Assembly (NCBI RefSeq): GCF_963506605.1
Contig: NC_083276.1
Location: 82,584,001-82,648,000 of the forward strand
DNA from: Zootoca vivipara
Taxonomy: Eukaryota
Direction: 5' to 3'
DNA length: 64,000 bases
The notes below the pieces were generated by a model that had not been told where the DNA came from, made no database searches, and saw only the letters and a program-made list of their open reading frames with translations. Position numbers and translations under genes: made by a program. Positions 12,731 through 24,516 of this stretch are shown here, piece after piece. Within the stretch, counting starts at the first letter, position 1. The number at the start of each line of letters is the position of its first letter.

Positions 12731-12894
12731 CAGTGGTACCTCAGGTTACAGACGCTTCAGGTTACAGACGCTTCAGGTTACAGACTCCGCTAACCCAGAA
12801 ATAGTAACTCGGGTTAAGAACTTTGCTTCAGGGTGAGAACAGAAATCGTGCAGCGGCGGCAGCGGGAGGCCCCATTAGTTAAAGTGGTACCTCA
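12731..12894 (+). mobile_element. 5' half of a Tc1/mariner-type MITE (copy A), broken at the duplication junction
   Basis: TA|CAGTGGTACCTCAGGTTAC start; ends abruptly at AAAGTGGTACCTCA where the duplicated OR segment begins. Confidence 0.85.
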
Positions 12895-13092
12895 TTGATT
12901 AGGTTCCATGTTGTTATTTTTCTCAGATGTTTTATTCGTAGATGGAGACATTGATACCATGATCCACTGATATGAAGACACGTTCCATTGCAGAAATACC
13001 AAAAGGTTCTTAGTGTGGCCGTTTTCCCTAGTCATTCCTATTTCCCCTCCACTTTTCTGAGGAATAGAGACTGCACATCATCAAATAACAAA

Positions 13093-14031
13093 ATGGCAGG
13101 AGAAAATCATACTGTGGTGGCAGAATTTTTCCTCTCAGGCCTCACAGAAAATCCTAAGGTGGCCCTTATTTGTTTTCTCTTCTTTCTAGCAATGTACCTG
13201 GTCACTTGTGTGGGGAATCTCGGGATGATTGCCTTGATTAGAATCGATTCCCGACTCCATACCCCTATGTACTATTTCCTCAGCAACTTAGCTTTTGTGG
13301 ATTTCTGCTATTCCTCAACTATAACTCCCAAGACACTGGTGAATTTCTTAGCTGTCAGGAAAGCCATTTCATTTGGTGGCTGCATTGCACAATTGTTCAG
13401 CTTTGTCCTGACTGCAAGCGTTGAGTGCCTTCTGCTGGCTGTCATGGCCTATGACCGATATGTGGCCATTTGTAACCCACTCCTCTATACAGTCATAATG
13501 ACAAAGAAGGTCTGCGCTCAGCTGGTAGGCATTACCTATCTTATCGCCTTGATCCATGCTCTTGCCCAAACTATCTCCACATTCAGGCTCTCCTTCTGTG
13601 CCTCCAATGTCATCAATCATTATTTCTGTGACATTCCTCCTCTCATAAAGCTCTCCTGCAGCGATACCTACAGCAATGAGATTGTGCTTTACACCTTTGG
13701 CACTTTCCATGGCATCTTCACCTCAGCAGAGATTGTTGTCTCCTATGTGTACATCATCTCCACGATCTTGCATATTCGCTCTTCAGAAGGCAGACGCAAA
13801 GCCTTCTCTACCTGTGCCTCTCACCTCACAGCTGTCTTGATATTTTATGGAACCACAGTGTTCATGTATGTCCGGCCAATTTCAAGCTACTCTCTGGGCC
13901 GAGACAAAGTGATCTCTGTGTTCTACACAGTGGTGATCCCCATGCTGAATCCCCTGATCTACAGCCTGAGGAATAAGGAGGTGAAGGATGCGCTGATGAG
14001 ATTCTCAGGAAGGCTGAAGTTTTCTCAATAA
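13093..14031 (+). CDS. olfactory receptor, family 5-like, 312 aa (derived duplicate copy)
   Basis: ATG at 13093 ([14 protein letters not shown], sequon NHT); [41 protein letters not shown]. Confidence 0.93.
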   Translation: MAGENHTVVAEFFLSGLTENPKVALICFLFFLAMYLVTCVGNLGMIALIRIDSRLHTPMYYFLSNLAFVDFCYSSTITPKTLVNFLAVRKAISFGGCIAQLFSFVLTASVECLLLAVMAYDRYVAICNPLLYTVIMTKKVCAQLVGITYLIALIHALAQTISTFRLSFCASNVINHYFCDIPPLIKLSCSDTYSNEIVLYTFGTFHGIFTSAEIVVSYVYIISTILHIRSSEGRRKAFSTCASHLTAVLIFYGTTVFMYVRPISSYSLGRDKVISVFYTVVIPMLNPLIYSLRNKEVKDALMRFSGRLKFSQ

Positions 14032-15281
14032 GCAAATGTAGTACATGGACAGAAACCCTGGTTAGAATAGATTGTTTCGTGCATCACTGGTACTCCTAAC
14101 TGTGCAAAATTGAAATAAAACAAAAAATGTGCTTGTTTTTAACGTTGGTATACTGTCCAATAACTCTGGGTGGCAAATATTACAGTTTATAAGCCTTGAA
14201 AAAATGTAACATGTGAATCAAGGGGGAAAAGCAACGAATCCATATTTATTTTTAAAAAATAGAAGAGATAAAATAACCAGCTGAAAACTATATAAAACAG
14301 CATTTAAAAGCACTAAAAGATTGTAAGAATTCAAAATACCTGGGAAAATAACAAGGTATCAGCTGGTGCTGAAAGAGCAGGTGAGCCTCTCTGGAGAGGG
14401 GTACATTGCCCAAAAGACCCTCTATTCAGTAACCATGTACTGCAGCTCATTTAGTGGGGACCAACCAGAAAAGGGTCTCTGAAGATGACTTTAGGTCCAG
14501 ATAGGCATATATGGATGGTGGTAATAATCATGTAAGCCAGCCCCAAACCATTTAGGGCTTTAAAGGTTAAAATCAGTAGACCTATTGAAATGAATGGGCA
14601 TGACTAAGTTAGGATAATTGCAGTGGGGCGGCTATGAGTAAAAAAATAGTTGAATGTCACTCATTCAGATTTTATCAAATGTTGCATTGTGTAAGAAAAC
14701 ACTACTAATGGTGACCCACTTCATTGTGGGCCCTTGTGCAAAATATAGTTTGGGCACCCAGTTTAGTTGGATTATACAGAGCAAAGGAAGCAGCGACCTA
14801 GGCAAATAGTTCATTTATGAAGCAGAAAACCCATTAAAAAATAAAAATAAAACTCACAAAACAGCTGTCAAGAAGACCAGGTCTCTAAAACCTAGGATTC
14901 AGCCCCTTGGCAGTTTAGCAGGTGCCAATTGGACAGAGATGAAAAAAGGCAACTCTTGCAAAGTGGTACACTTCCACCACTCCTGTAGTTCAACCAGCCT
15001 AAGCCAAGAGACCCCCAGACTTTACCAAACAACCTCAAGACTCCCAAAAAGCAAGAGCTAAGAACCATGCTCTCTGCCTTGAGGGCCTTGAGTCCACAAG
15101 GTTACCCAGTAGCAGTTTAACCAACAGGCCAATTAACTGGATCCACCACCATGGCTTTCCCCAAGAAACCACACCAAGGATTGAAGATGTAGATTTATTG
15201 TAATAATTAAAACTGACAGCAAAAAAGACAGAACCTGCGTGCCAGTGAGAAATATATTGCTTAAAAAAAAACTGTTTAGAG

Positions 15282-15511
15282 ACAAGGTTCCCAACGTGGG
15301 GCACACACCCCACAGGGGGGCAATTTGTTTTTTAGGGTGGGGGCAATTTGGAAGCTTGTTTAGACCAAATTAATGACCTTTTAGGCTTCCTCCATGTGAA
15401 TAGGAGTTCACTTTTTGAATAATAAGAATTATATGTCACGGGGGGAGGGCGGGCATCAGAATTTTACAGATGCTTAGGTGGGGCATGGCCAAAAAAGGTT
15501 GGGAACTACTG
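15282..15511. mobile_element. hAT MITE (also present in the right arm, ~22097-22326)
   Basis: GTTCCCAAC / GTTGGGAAC termini; TSD GTTTAGAG. Confidence 0.7.
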
Positions 15512-15668
15512 GTTTAGAGCATAAAGTACAATTGGGAATTATAATACAGTACAGAAATAAAACAATAAAGCTAACTTAATCTAGCTCTAATACATACCAA
15601 CAGAGCCCTCCCTCAGGAAGAAAACACAAAGGTGTCAGTTAAGGTATGAGGCACAAGACAAAGAAATA

Positions 15669-15782
15669 CAGTGGTACCTTGGGTTACAAACGCTTCAGGT
15701 TACAGACTCTGCTAACGCAGAAATAGTACCCCGGGTTAAGAACTTTGCTTCAGGATGAGAACAGAAATCGTGCTCTGGCGGC

Positions 15783-15813
<31 letters not shown>

Positions 15814-15909
15814 CCCCCATTAGCTAAAGTGGTACCTCAGGTTAAGAACAGTTTCAGGTTAAGAATGGACCTCCAGAACGAATTAAGTTCTTAACCCGAG
15901 GTACCACTG
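15669..15909 (+). mobile_element. Tc1/mariner-type MITE, apparently chimeric (5' part from copy B, 3' part from copy A)
   Basis: TA-flanked CAGTGGTACCT...AGGTACCACTG. The 5' part is near-identical to the right-arm MITE; the last ~80 bp differ from it at about 8 positions. Confidence 0.85.
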
Positions 15910-16336
15910 TATCCCACATGATACCAGGGGGCAACATCAGCTTGTTGGAGGGAAGTTTACATACATATATGGTGGTTTTGCAAATCTGTTCACCCATTTG
16001 GGGCTTTGGTATTCAAAGAATTGAGTTTAATAGAAAAAGCAGGCCTGCAAACTTCCCCTCAACTTACTTTACTTGCAATAAAGAACATGTCTGCTCCACC
16101 AATTTTTCATAAAGTCCTTTTAACATTCCTCCTCGTGGTGGCATGTATGGAAATAGCCATGTGATGGCGCACTACCTTGGGCTTGAACATTGAAGCAGAG
16201 TACTGCAGAGCATGGACAATAGCCCTGGCTGAGAAGACATAACACATTCATGTGACCAAAGGGAATTCTAACTCCCATCAGTTCTATTAAGTGTGGCAAC
16301 CATTTTTGGATGACATGCATCAAGAAGATTGTGCTT

Positions 16337-17220
16337 AATAATAATAACAATAACAATAACAATAACAATAATAATAATTTATTTATACATTGCCCATCTG
16401 GCTGGGTTTCCCCAGCCACTCTGGGCGGCTTCCAACAGAAAAATAAAATAATTGATTAAACATTAAAAGCCTCCCTAAACAGGGCTGCCTTCAGATGTCT
16501 TCTAAAAATCTGGTAGCTGTTTTTCTCTTTGACATCTGATGGGAGGGCATTCCACAGGACGGGCGCCACCACCGAGAAGGCCCTCTGCCTGGTTCCCTGC
16601 AACCTGGCTACTCGCAATGAGGGAACCACCAGAAGGCCCTCGGTACTGGACCTCAGTGTCCGGGCAGAACGATGGGGGTGGAGATGCTCCTTCAGGTATA
16701 CTGGACCGAGGCTATTTAGGGCTTTAAAGGTCAGCACCAACACTTTGAATTGTGCTCGGAAACAGACTGGGAGCCAATGTAGATCTTCCAAGACCGGTGT
16801 TATGTGGTCTCGGCGGCCGCTCCCAGTCTCCAGCCTAGCTGCCGCATTCTGGATTAGTTGTAGTTTCCAGGTCACCTTCAAAGGTAACCCCACGTAGAGC
16901 GCATTGCAGTAGTCCAAGCGAGAGATAACTAGAGCATGCACCACCCTGGCGAGACAGTCTGCAGGCAGGTAGGGTCTCGGCCTGTGTACCAGATGGAGCT
17001 GGTAGACAGCCACCCTGGACACAGAATTAACCTGTGCCTCCATGGACAGCTGTGAGTCCAAAATGACTCACAGGCTGCGCACCTGGTCCTTCAGGGGCAC
17101 AGTTATCCCATTCAGGACCAGGGAGTCTTCCACACCTGCCCGCTTCCTGTCCCCCACAAACAGAATTTCTGTCTTGTCAGGATTCAACCTCAATCTGTTA
17201 GCCGCCATCCATCCTCCAAG
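16337..17220 (-). mobile_element. L2 LINE, 5'-truncated (RT C-terminal region plus 3' tail)
   Basis: ORF 16456-17061 has SRLDYCNALYVGLP...QNAAARL...HITPVL..LHWLP, typical of the L2 clade; microsatellite tail. Confidence 0.9.
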
Positions 17221-17689
17221 AGAACTCAGGCAATATGTGGGGAAAAAATAATTGGAGTGAACTATAAGAATTTGGTTCAATATTTTTAAGAAAAGTAATT
17301 GATGTGTTGGGAGTTGTGTTGTTTTATGTGTAATGTGAAAAATGAAAAAAAATTAAATAATAATAATAATTTAATGCATACGGTAGAGGAGCCATCCTGG
17401 CGAGAATATGAACTAGCCCATTTTATCTGGTATGATTAGCTTACAGGGACGGAACCATGCTGTGGGAAAATAGGGGGGCAGATCTGGGCAAGATAAGGAG
17501 GAGGAATCGTGGGTCATTTTTGTCATGATGCACAGGCATGCCAAGGTGTCATGTCCAAACCAGCATTCGCTCCAGAGAACCTGCATCTGCCTTTCTCTAA
17601 TTTGAAGCAACGTCTTTGAAACGGAGTTGAATTTTAACAAGGCACTGAGGAGCCAATTTGCCAGAACTTTCAGACTTCTTGCATAAGTT

Positions 17690-17980
17690 ACATAATGGCA
17701 GGCTGGCAAGCAATAACTTTTTAATCATGCCCGCGAGGGCTTATTAGTATAGCTGGGAGTTGACACAGTTGCCGGAGATATGAGTCAATTACCTTAAACT
17801 GATCACCTCAAATCCAGAGGCAGAAGAGCTCAAAGGGGAAAACCCCTGGAGTCTTCATTTTTGTTTTCTTGCCAGAATTGGGACCATTAGGCTGAAGCAG
17901 TGCACACAATCTCTATGGTGCATGTCTTTGTTCCCAAGAAAGGAGCAAGAATTGGCTACAGAAAATTCCCTAGGAGAGAT
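17690..17980. promoter_or_regulatory. candidate OR enhancer: homeodomain and O/E (Lhx2/Ebf-type) motif cluster
   Basis: AACTTTTTAATCA (17715-17727); O/E-like CCCGCGAG (17730-17737) with TAAT sites on both sides; second composite CCCTGGAG-TC-TTCATTT (17844-17860); TCCCTAGGAG (17967-17976). Non-repetitive DNA away from any OR 5' end. Confidence 0.5.
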
Positions 17981-18224
17981 TGGTAAGGGGAAGAAAAACT
18001 ACTTGTATGATCTCCAACTCTGAGACTACACAGAACATTAATCATGCACTTCTATTTTCTATTCTATTACACATGACAGAGTGAATCACCTCCGAGTATG
18101 AGTACCATTCTTGTTAGCCACACGTCCCCATCTTCCCAGTCTGGGCCTGCCATTTGTCCTATCCCCTGCTGACCCCACAGGGGAAAAACACAGAACATAG
18201 AGTTTAAACTGAGAGTTGCCTATA

Positions 18225-18543
18225 AGGGGGCCCCTGACCATCAGGTCCAGTCGTGTCTGACTCTGGGGTTGCGGCACTCATCTCGCTCTATAGGCCGAGG
18301 GAGCCGGTGTTTGTCCGCAGACAGCTTCCGGGTCATGTGGCCAGCATGACAAAGCTGCTTCTGGCAAACCAGAGCAGCGCACGGAAACGCCGTTTACCTT
18401 CCCGCCGGAGCGGTCCCTATTTATCTACTTGCACTTTGATGTGCTTTCGAACTGCTAGGTAGGCAGGAGCTGGGACCGAGCAATGGGAGCTCACCCCATT
18501 GCAGGGATTCGAACAGCCGACCTTCTGATCAGCAAGCCCTAGA
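18225..18543 (-). mobile_element. Sauria SINE
   Basis: Close similarity to 8616-8955. Confidence 0.85.
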
Positions 18544-19038
18544 CACCTGGGTCCCTGAGAGTTGCTTATAGAAAGCAGCTATATGAAAATCCAAGCATGG
18601 TGTATTTGCTAGAACACAGCAGAAGTTATGGGAAAGGGGCATTAATTCATGCTACTCAAAGCTGAAGCTTCAGCCATTCATGCATTCCCATTGCCAGGGT
18701 GGCCCATCCAGTTTCACTGCCTGAAAAAAGATCTCATGACAGCTCTATGAGCTCCCACGAGCAGGGGCGGAGGAAGTGGGGTGCAATGGGTGCAGATCGC
18801 CCTGGGTGTCACCACTGGGGGGGGTGACAAAATGCCAGGCGGCACTCACCGCGGGGCTTGCAGCGCGCCCGAGCCTCGCGTCTCTCCTGGGAGAGATGTG
18901 GCAGCCTGGGGGGGGTGCAGGCTCTGCACTGCCCAAACAGTCCACCCACTGCCTCTCCCCCCCCCCCAGCTGTAGGGCGGCTGAGTGGGAGGAGGCAGGC
19001 AGACTACGGAGGCCTCGCGGTGCGCCCCACCCCTATGG

Positions 19039-19161
19039 TAAGGTTACCAGGGTTTTTTCAATGAATCCCGGGACACTTTTCAACTTCAATGGATTTTGTA
19101 TGGGGACAGATTGGTAAATCCGGGGACTGTCCCCAGGAAACGGGGGCGTCTGGTAACCTTA
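19039..19161. mobile_element. hAT MITE nested in a GC-rich hAT-like element (~18763-19300)
   Basis: TAAGGTTACCAG / CTGGTAACCTTA TIRs; TSD CCCTATGG. Confidence 0.8.
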
Positions 19162-20029
19162 CCCTATGGGCGGCTTGCCCTGCCCCTATGGACTGCTTGT
19201 CGTGTCTCTGGGTGTGCCGCCCCAGGCGCCTGAGTGCTGCCCATGAGATCTTGACGGAAGCTGCACCCACCACAGCCGCAACAGCCGCACAACCCCAGCA
19301 GTGACAGGGGTAGGTCTATGGAGGCACAGCTTCATGGGATTCCAGATCCCCCAAGTGTCCCTATTTTCCAGAGACAATCCCAGATATACAGAATCCATCC
19401 TGGTTTCTGATTTGAATGCCCTACTTCTCTTTAAAGGTAAAGAGAAATTACCTGAAATATTTCTCTTCAACACGGAAGTGTATTTTATACCCGGTTATTT
19501 ATTGATCTGGCTTCTCACGTGAGAATCATCAACCCCTGTCTGTAAGGCCCCTCTCCCTAGTATCACGTCCATAACTTGAGGTTGCACCACTTTCTCACTT
19601 TTTCCAAGGCCTCTGGTTGTTAGGTCAGGACCATTCTACTCTCCATCACCACTTTCTCACCTTTTCCAAGGCCTCTGGTTAATGGGTTAGTTACCCTCTT
19701 ACCCTTGCTCATAGCATAACTGGTTTTCCTGGCGGCTGGTATTTTTTATTTCTCTTTCCCTTCAGACCACATCTCAAGTGCTCCTACTGATCCGATTTCT
19801 AGCCTGGAGTAACAGTGCAATGGACTTCGCGCAAGCTACCTATATGGTATTATAGCACAGCGCTGCACCAGTTTAGCACAGCGCGTTTAGCACAGTTTAG
19901 CACAGCGCTGCACCAGTTTAGCACAGCGCGCGGGAGACTCACTTAGCAGGGAGCTCGGTTCACGAGGGCCGGATAAACGGGGCCCATGGGCCGTATCCGG
20001 CCCATGGGCCAGAGGTTGCCAACCTCTGT

Positions 20030-20263
20030 TCTGGAGGTTCCCTCACTGCGAGAAACGAAGTTACAGGGAACCAGGCAGAGGGCCTTCCCGCCCTGTGGAA
20101 CACCCTCCCTTCAGATGTCAAGGAAATAAACAACTATCTGACTTTTAGAAGACAACTGAAGGCAGCCCTGTTTAGGGAAGCGTTTAATATTTGATGAATT
20201 ATTGTATTTTAATATTTTGCTGGAAGCCGCCCAGGGTGGCTGGGGAAACCCATCCAGATGGGC

Positions 20264-20314
<51 letters not shown>
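20030..20314 (+). mobile_element. L2 3' end with (TTA)n tail
   Basis: Matches the 3' end of the L2 at 16.3-16.6 kb (GAAGGCAGCCCTGTTTAGGGA, GGAAGCCGCCCAG). Confidence 0.8.
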
Positions 20315-20315
<1 letters not shown>

Positions 20316-21183
20316 TCCCTTTTAGCACAATTGGAGGTGTCTTCATGTTTTACAGGCCCATGCTTTAAGCCAAGGTTGGCGGTAGTAGTGGACTGTGGCC
20401 TTCTTGATGTTGTTGGGACTCCCAACTCCCACCAACCTCAGCCAGCATGGCCAATGGTCAGGGATTGGTGGGAGCTTGTAGCTCAGTAACATTTGGTGGG
20501 CCATAAGTACCCCACCCCTGGCTTAGATCATCCGCCTTTGGAGTTGCCTGGCTCAAGTTCCTAAGGCTCTATGTTGTTTCTCAAGTCTCCATCATTATAC
20601 AGGGTGCTTTACACTGCAACATAAGCAACAGAGACATGTCCCTGTCCCAAATTTTGTAAGAAGGGAGCGGAGTGCCTGGCGGAAAGAGGGCCAAAAAAAA
20701 TAGGAGACAAATACGTGTAAATGCAGCTGCACTTATTTAGGCTTAGCTCAAGTAAAGAGTGAAACCGAAAGGGCATCACAGAACAAAAAGGCTTTGAAAA
20801 AGAAGCTTGGAGGAAACAACTATTGTATATCACTAGCTTAGAGTTCAGAAACAATAGCTTGAATCTCCTATATTGTGAATAACATTGCACGGACGGCCTA
20901 TAGATGGATCTTTGGTGACATCTAGTGGCTGGTTTAAAAAAATGTATTCATTCAGTCTTCTCAAACCAAAGGAATGGGAAGTTTTTTTCAATTCTAGGCC
21001 CGTTTAGATTTTAAAGGATCAAATACCAGGTGAAGAAACTATGTGGAGGTTATACTCAGCAGTATTCTGCTTCTCTGTCCATTACTAATAAAGGATGCAA
21101 TACCCCACATTATTGTTGAGGAGTGCTGACAATCGACATGCTGCTGGCTTGCCACTCAACCATACCCTAGTCATGAGTTAGGC

Positions 21184-21321
21184 CAGTGTTTCTCAACCAG
21201 TGTGCCTCCAGATGTTTTGGGACTACAACTCCCATCATCCCTAGCTAGCAAGACCAGTGGTCAGGAATGATGGGAGTTGTAGTCCCAAAACATCTGGAGG
21301 CACACTGGTTGAGAAACACTG
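21184..21321. mobile_element. palindromic hAT MITE
   Basis: TSD AGTTAGGC; near-identical to 3189-3326. Confidence 0.9.
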
Positions 21322-21560
21322 AGTTAGGCTTCCCTCTTGCCTTCAGAAGTTTTGTTAAGTATCTTTCCATAAGAACAACCCCTCAAATTGATAATCCCGT
21401 CACACAAGAGAGGGGAAAGCAATGGGGCAAAAGCAAAGCTGCTTAGACCAATGAACTAGCAGCAAATCACTTAGTCCCATGCTTTCTAGGCATGTGACAG
21501 GCAGAAGTATGGACAAACCCTTCTTGCATTGCTAGGCTATGTAATATAAAGTTACCCATA

Positions 21561-21795
21561 CAGTGGTACCTCTGGTTAAGAACTTAATTCGTTACGGATG
21601 TCCGTTCTTAACCTGAAACTGTTCTTTACCTGAGACACCACTTTAGCTAATGGGGGCTCCTGCTGCTGCTGCTGCTGCTGCGCCGCCAGAGCACGATTTC
21701 TGTTCTCATCCTGAAGCAAAGTTCTTAACCCGGGGTACTATTTCTGCGTTAGCAGAGTCTGTAACCTGAAGCGTTTGTAACCCAAGGTACCACTC
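21561..21795 (-). mobile_element. Tc1/mariner-type MITE (copy B)
   Basis: TA-flanked CAGTGGTACCT TIRs; lies at the inner end of the right duplication arm. Confidence 0.85.
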
Positions 21796-21879
21796 TATTT
21801 CTTTGTCTTGTGCCTCATACCTTAACTGACACCTTTGTGTTTTCTTCCTGAGGGAGGGCTCTGTTGGTATGTATTAGAG

Positions 21880-22015
21880 CAGGCATCCCCAAACTGCGGC
21901 CCTCCAGATGTTTTGGCCTACAACTCCCATGATCCCTAGCTAACAGAACCAGTGGTTGGGGAAGATGGGAATTGTAGTCCAAAACATCTGGAGGGCCGAA
22001 GTTTGGGGATGACTG
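21880..22015. mobile_element. hAT MITE present only in the right arm
   Basis: TSD TATTAGAG (21872-21879, 22016-22023); the left arm has the empty site CTCTAATA at ~15585. Confidence 0.9.
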
Positions 22016-23577
22016 TATTAGAGCTAGATTAAGTTAGCTTTATTGTTTTATTTCTGTACTGTATTATAATTCCCAATTGTACTTTATGCTCTAAACCAGT
22101 AGTTCCCAACCTTTTTTGGCCATGCCCCACCTAAGCATCTGTAAAATTCTGATGCCCGCCCTCCCCCCGTGACATATAATTCTTATTATTCAAAAAGTGA
22201 ACTCCTATTCACATGGAGGAAGCCTAAAAGGTCATTAATTTGGTCTAAACAAGCTTCCAAATTGCCCCCACCCTAAAAAACAAATTGCCCCCCTGTGGGG
22301 TGTGTGCCCCACGTTGGGAACCTTGTCTCTAAACAGTTTTTTTTTAAGCAATATATTTCTCACTGGCACGCAGGTTCTGTCTTTTTTGCTGTCAGTTTTA
22401 ATTATTACAATAAATCTACATCTTCAATCCTTGGTGTGGTTTCTTGGGGAAAGCCATGGTGGTGGATCCAGTTAATTGGCCTGTTGGTTAAACTGCTACT
22501 GGGTAACCTTGTGGACTCAAGGCCCTCAAGGCAGAGAGCATGGTTCTTAGCTCTTGCTTTTTGGGAGTCTTGAGGTTGTTTGGTAAAGTCTGGGGGTCTC
22601 TTGGCTTAGGCTGGTTGAACTACAGGAGTGGTGGAAGTGTACCACTTTGCAAGAGTTGCCTTTTTTCATCTCTGTCCAATTGGCACCTGCTAAACTGCCA
22701 AGGGGCTGAATCCTAGGTTTTAGAGACCTGGTCTTCTTGACAGCTGTTTTGTGAGTTTTATTTTTATTTTTTAATGGGTTTTCTGCTTCATAAATGAACT
22801 ATTTGCCTAGGTCGCTGCTTCCTTTGCTCTGTATAATCCAACTAAACTGGGTGCCCAAACTATATTTTGCACAAGGGCCCACAATGAAGTGGGTCACCAT
22901 TAGTAGTGTTTTCTTACACAATGCAACATTTGATAAAATCTGAATGAGTGACATTCAACTATTTTTTTACTCATAGCCGCCCCACTGCAATTATCCTAAC
23001 TTAGTCATGCCCATTCATTTCAATAGGTCTACTGATTTTAACCTTTAAAGCCCTAAATGGTTTGGGGCCGGCTTACATGATTATTACCACCATCCATATA
23101 TGCCTATCTGGACCTAAAGTCATCTTCAGAGACCCTTTTCTGGTTGGTCCCCACTAAATGAGCTGCAGTACATGGTTACTGAATAGAGGGTCTTTTGGGC
23201 AATGTACCCCTCTCCAGAGAGGCTCACCTGCTCTTTCAGCACCAGCTGATACCTTGTTATTTTCCCAGGTATTTTGAATTCTTACAATCTTTTAGTGCTT
23301 TTAAATGCTGTTTTATATAGTTTTCAGCTGGTTATTTTATCTCTTCTATTTTTAAAAAATAAATATGGATTCGTTGCTTTTCCCCCTTGATTCACATGTT
23401 ACATTTTTTTCAAGGCTTATAAACTGTAATATTTGCCACCCAGAGTTATTGGACAGTATACCAACATTAAAAACAAACACATTTTTTGTTTTATTTCAAT
23501 TTTGCACAGTTAGGAGTACCAGTGATGCACGAAACAATCTATTCTAACCAGGGTTTCTGTCCATGTACTACATTTGC

Positions 23578-24516
23578 TTATTGAGAAAACTTCAGCCTTC
23601 CTGAGAATCTCATCAGCGCATCCTTCACCTCCTTATTCCTCAGGCTGTAGATCAGGGGATTCAGCAGGGGGATCACCACTGTGTAGAACACAGAGATCAC
23701 TTTGTCTCGGCCCAGAGAGTAGCTTGAAATTGGCCGGACATACATGAACACTGTGGTTCCATAAAATATCAAGACAGCTGTGAGGTGAGAGGCACAGGTA
23801 GAGAAGGCTTTGCGTCTGCCTTCTGAAGAGCGAATATGCAAGATCGTGGAGATGATGTACACATAGGAGACAACAATCTCTGCTGAGGTGAAGATGCCAT
23901 GGAAAGTGCCAAAGGTGTAAAGCACAATCTCATTACTGTAGGTATCGCTGCAGGAGAGCTTTATGAGAGGAGGAATGTCACAGAAATAATGATTGATGAC
24001 ATTGGAGGCACAGAAGGAGAGCCTGAATGTGGAGATAGTTTGTGCAAGAGCATGGATCAAGGCGATAAGATAGGTAATGCCTACCAGCTGAGCGCAGACC
24101 TTCTTTGTCATTATGACTGTATAGAGGAGTGGGTTACAAATGGCCACGTATCGGTCATAGGCCATGACAGCCAGCAGAAGGCACTCAACGCTTGCGGTCA
24201 GGACAAAGCTGAACAATTGTGCAATGCAGCCACCAAATGAAATGGCTTTCCTGACAGCTAAGAAATTCACCAGTGTCTTGGGAGTTATAGTTGAGGAATA
24301 GCAGAAATCCACAAAAGCTAAGTTGCTGAGGAAATAGTACATAGGGGTATGGAGTCGGGAATCGATTCTAATCAAGGCAATCATCCCGAGATTCCCCACA
24401 CAAGTGACCAGGTACATTGCTAGAAAGAAGAGAAAACAAATAAGGGCCACCTTACGATTTTCTGTGAGGCCTGAGAGGAAAAATTCTGCCACCACAGTAT
24501 GATTTTCTCCTGCCAT
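23578..24516 (-). CDS. olfactory receptor, family 5-like, 312 aa (presumed original copy)
   Basis: ATG at 24516; differs from 13093-14031 only at ENPK/ENRK and PMLNP/PLLNP. Confidence 0.93.
   Translation of the reverse strand: MAGENHTVVAEFFLSGLTENRKVALICFLFFLAMYLVTCVGNLGMIALIRIDSRLHTPMYYFLSNLAFVDFCYSSTITPKTLVNFLAVRKAISFGGCIAQLFSFVLTASVECLLLAVMAYDRYVAICNPLLYTVIMTKKVCAQLVGITYLIALIHALAQTISTFRLSFCASNVINHYFCDIPPLIKLSCSDTYSNEIVLYTFGTFHGIFTSAEIVVSYVYIISTILHIRSSEGRRKAFSTCASHLTAVLIFYGTTVFMYVRPISSYSLGRDKVISVFYTVVIPLLNPLIYSLRNKEVKDALMRFSGRLKFSQ

Larger units (their letters stand above)
12892..15830 (+). repeat. left arm of ~3 kb inverted segmental duplication (partner ~21640-24685)
   Basis: Reverse complement of 21.6-24.7 kb by eye is near-identical; the OR ORFs differ at 2 aa and the chance ORFs 15035-15313 and 22295-22573 are identical. 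Confidence 0.95.

Noticed and set aside
12988-13092. N-terminal extensions of OR ORFs in the track (also 24517-24579 and 49438-49449)
   Set aside because: They start at TTG/GTG codons; canonical ATGs just before the glycosylation sequon are at 13093, 24516 and 49450.
13369-13710. Antisense ORFs over OR genes (also 23899-24240, 25764-26321, 32768-33067)
   Set aside because: Shadow frames of OR coding sequence.
19450-20027. 34-bp direct repeat and TTTAGCACAGCGC repeats before a hAT-like end
   Set aside because: Probably fragments of nested mobile elements; I could not define ends or TSDs well enough to call them.
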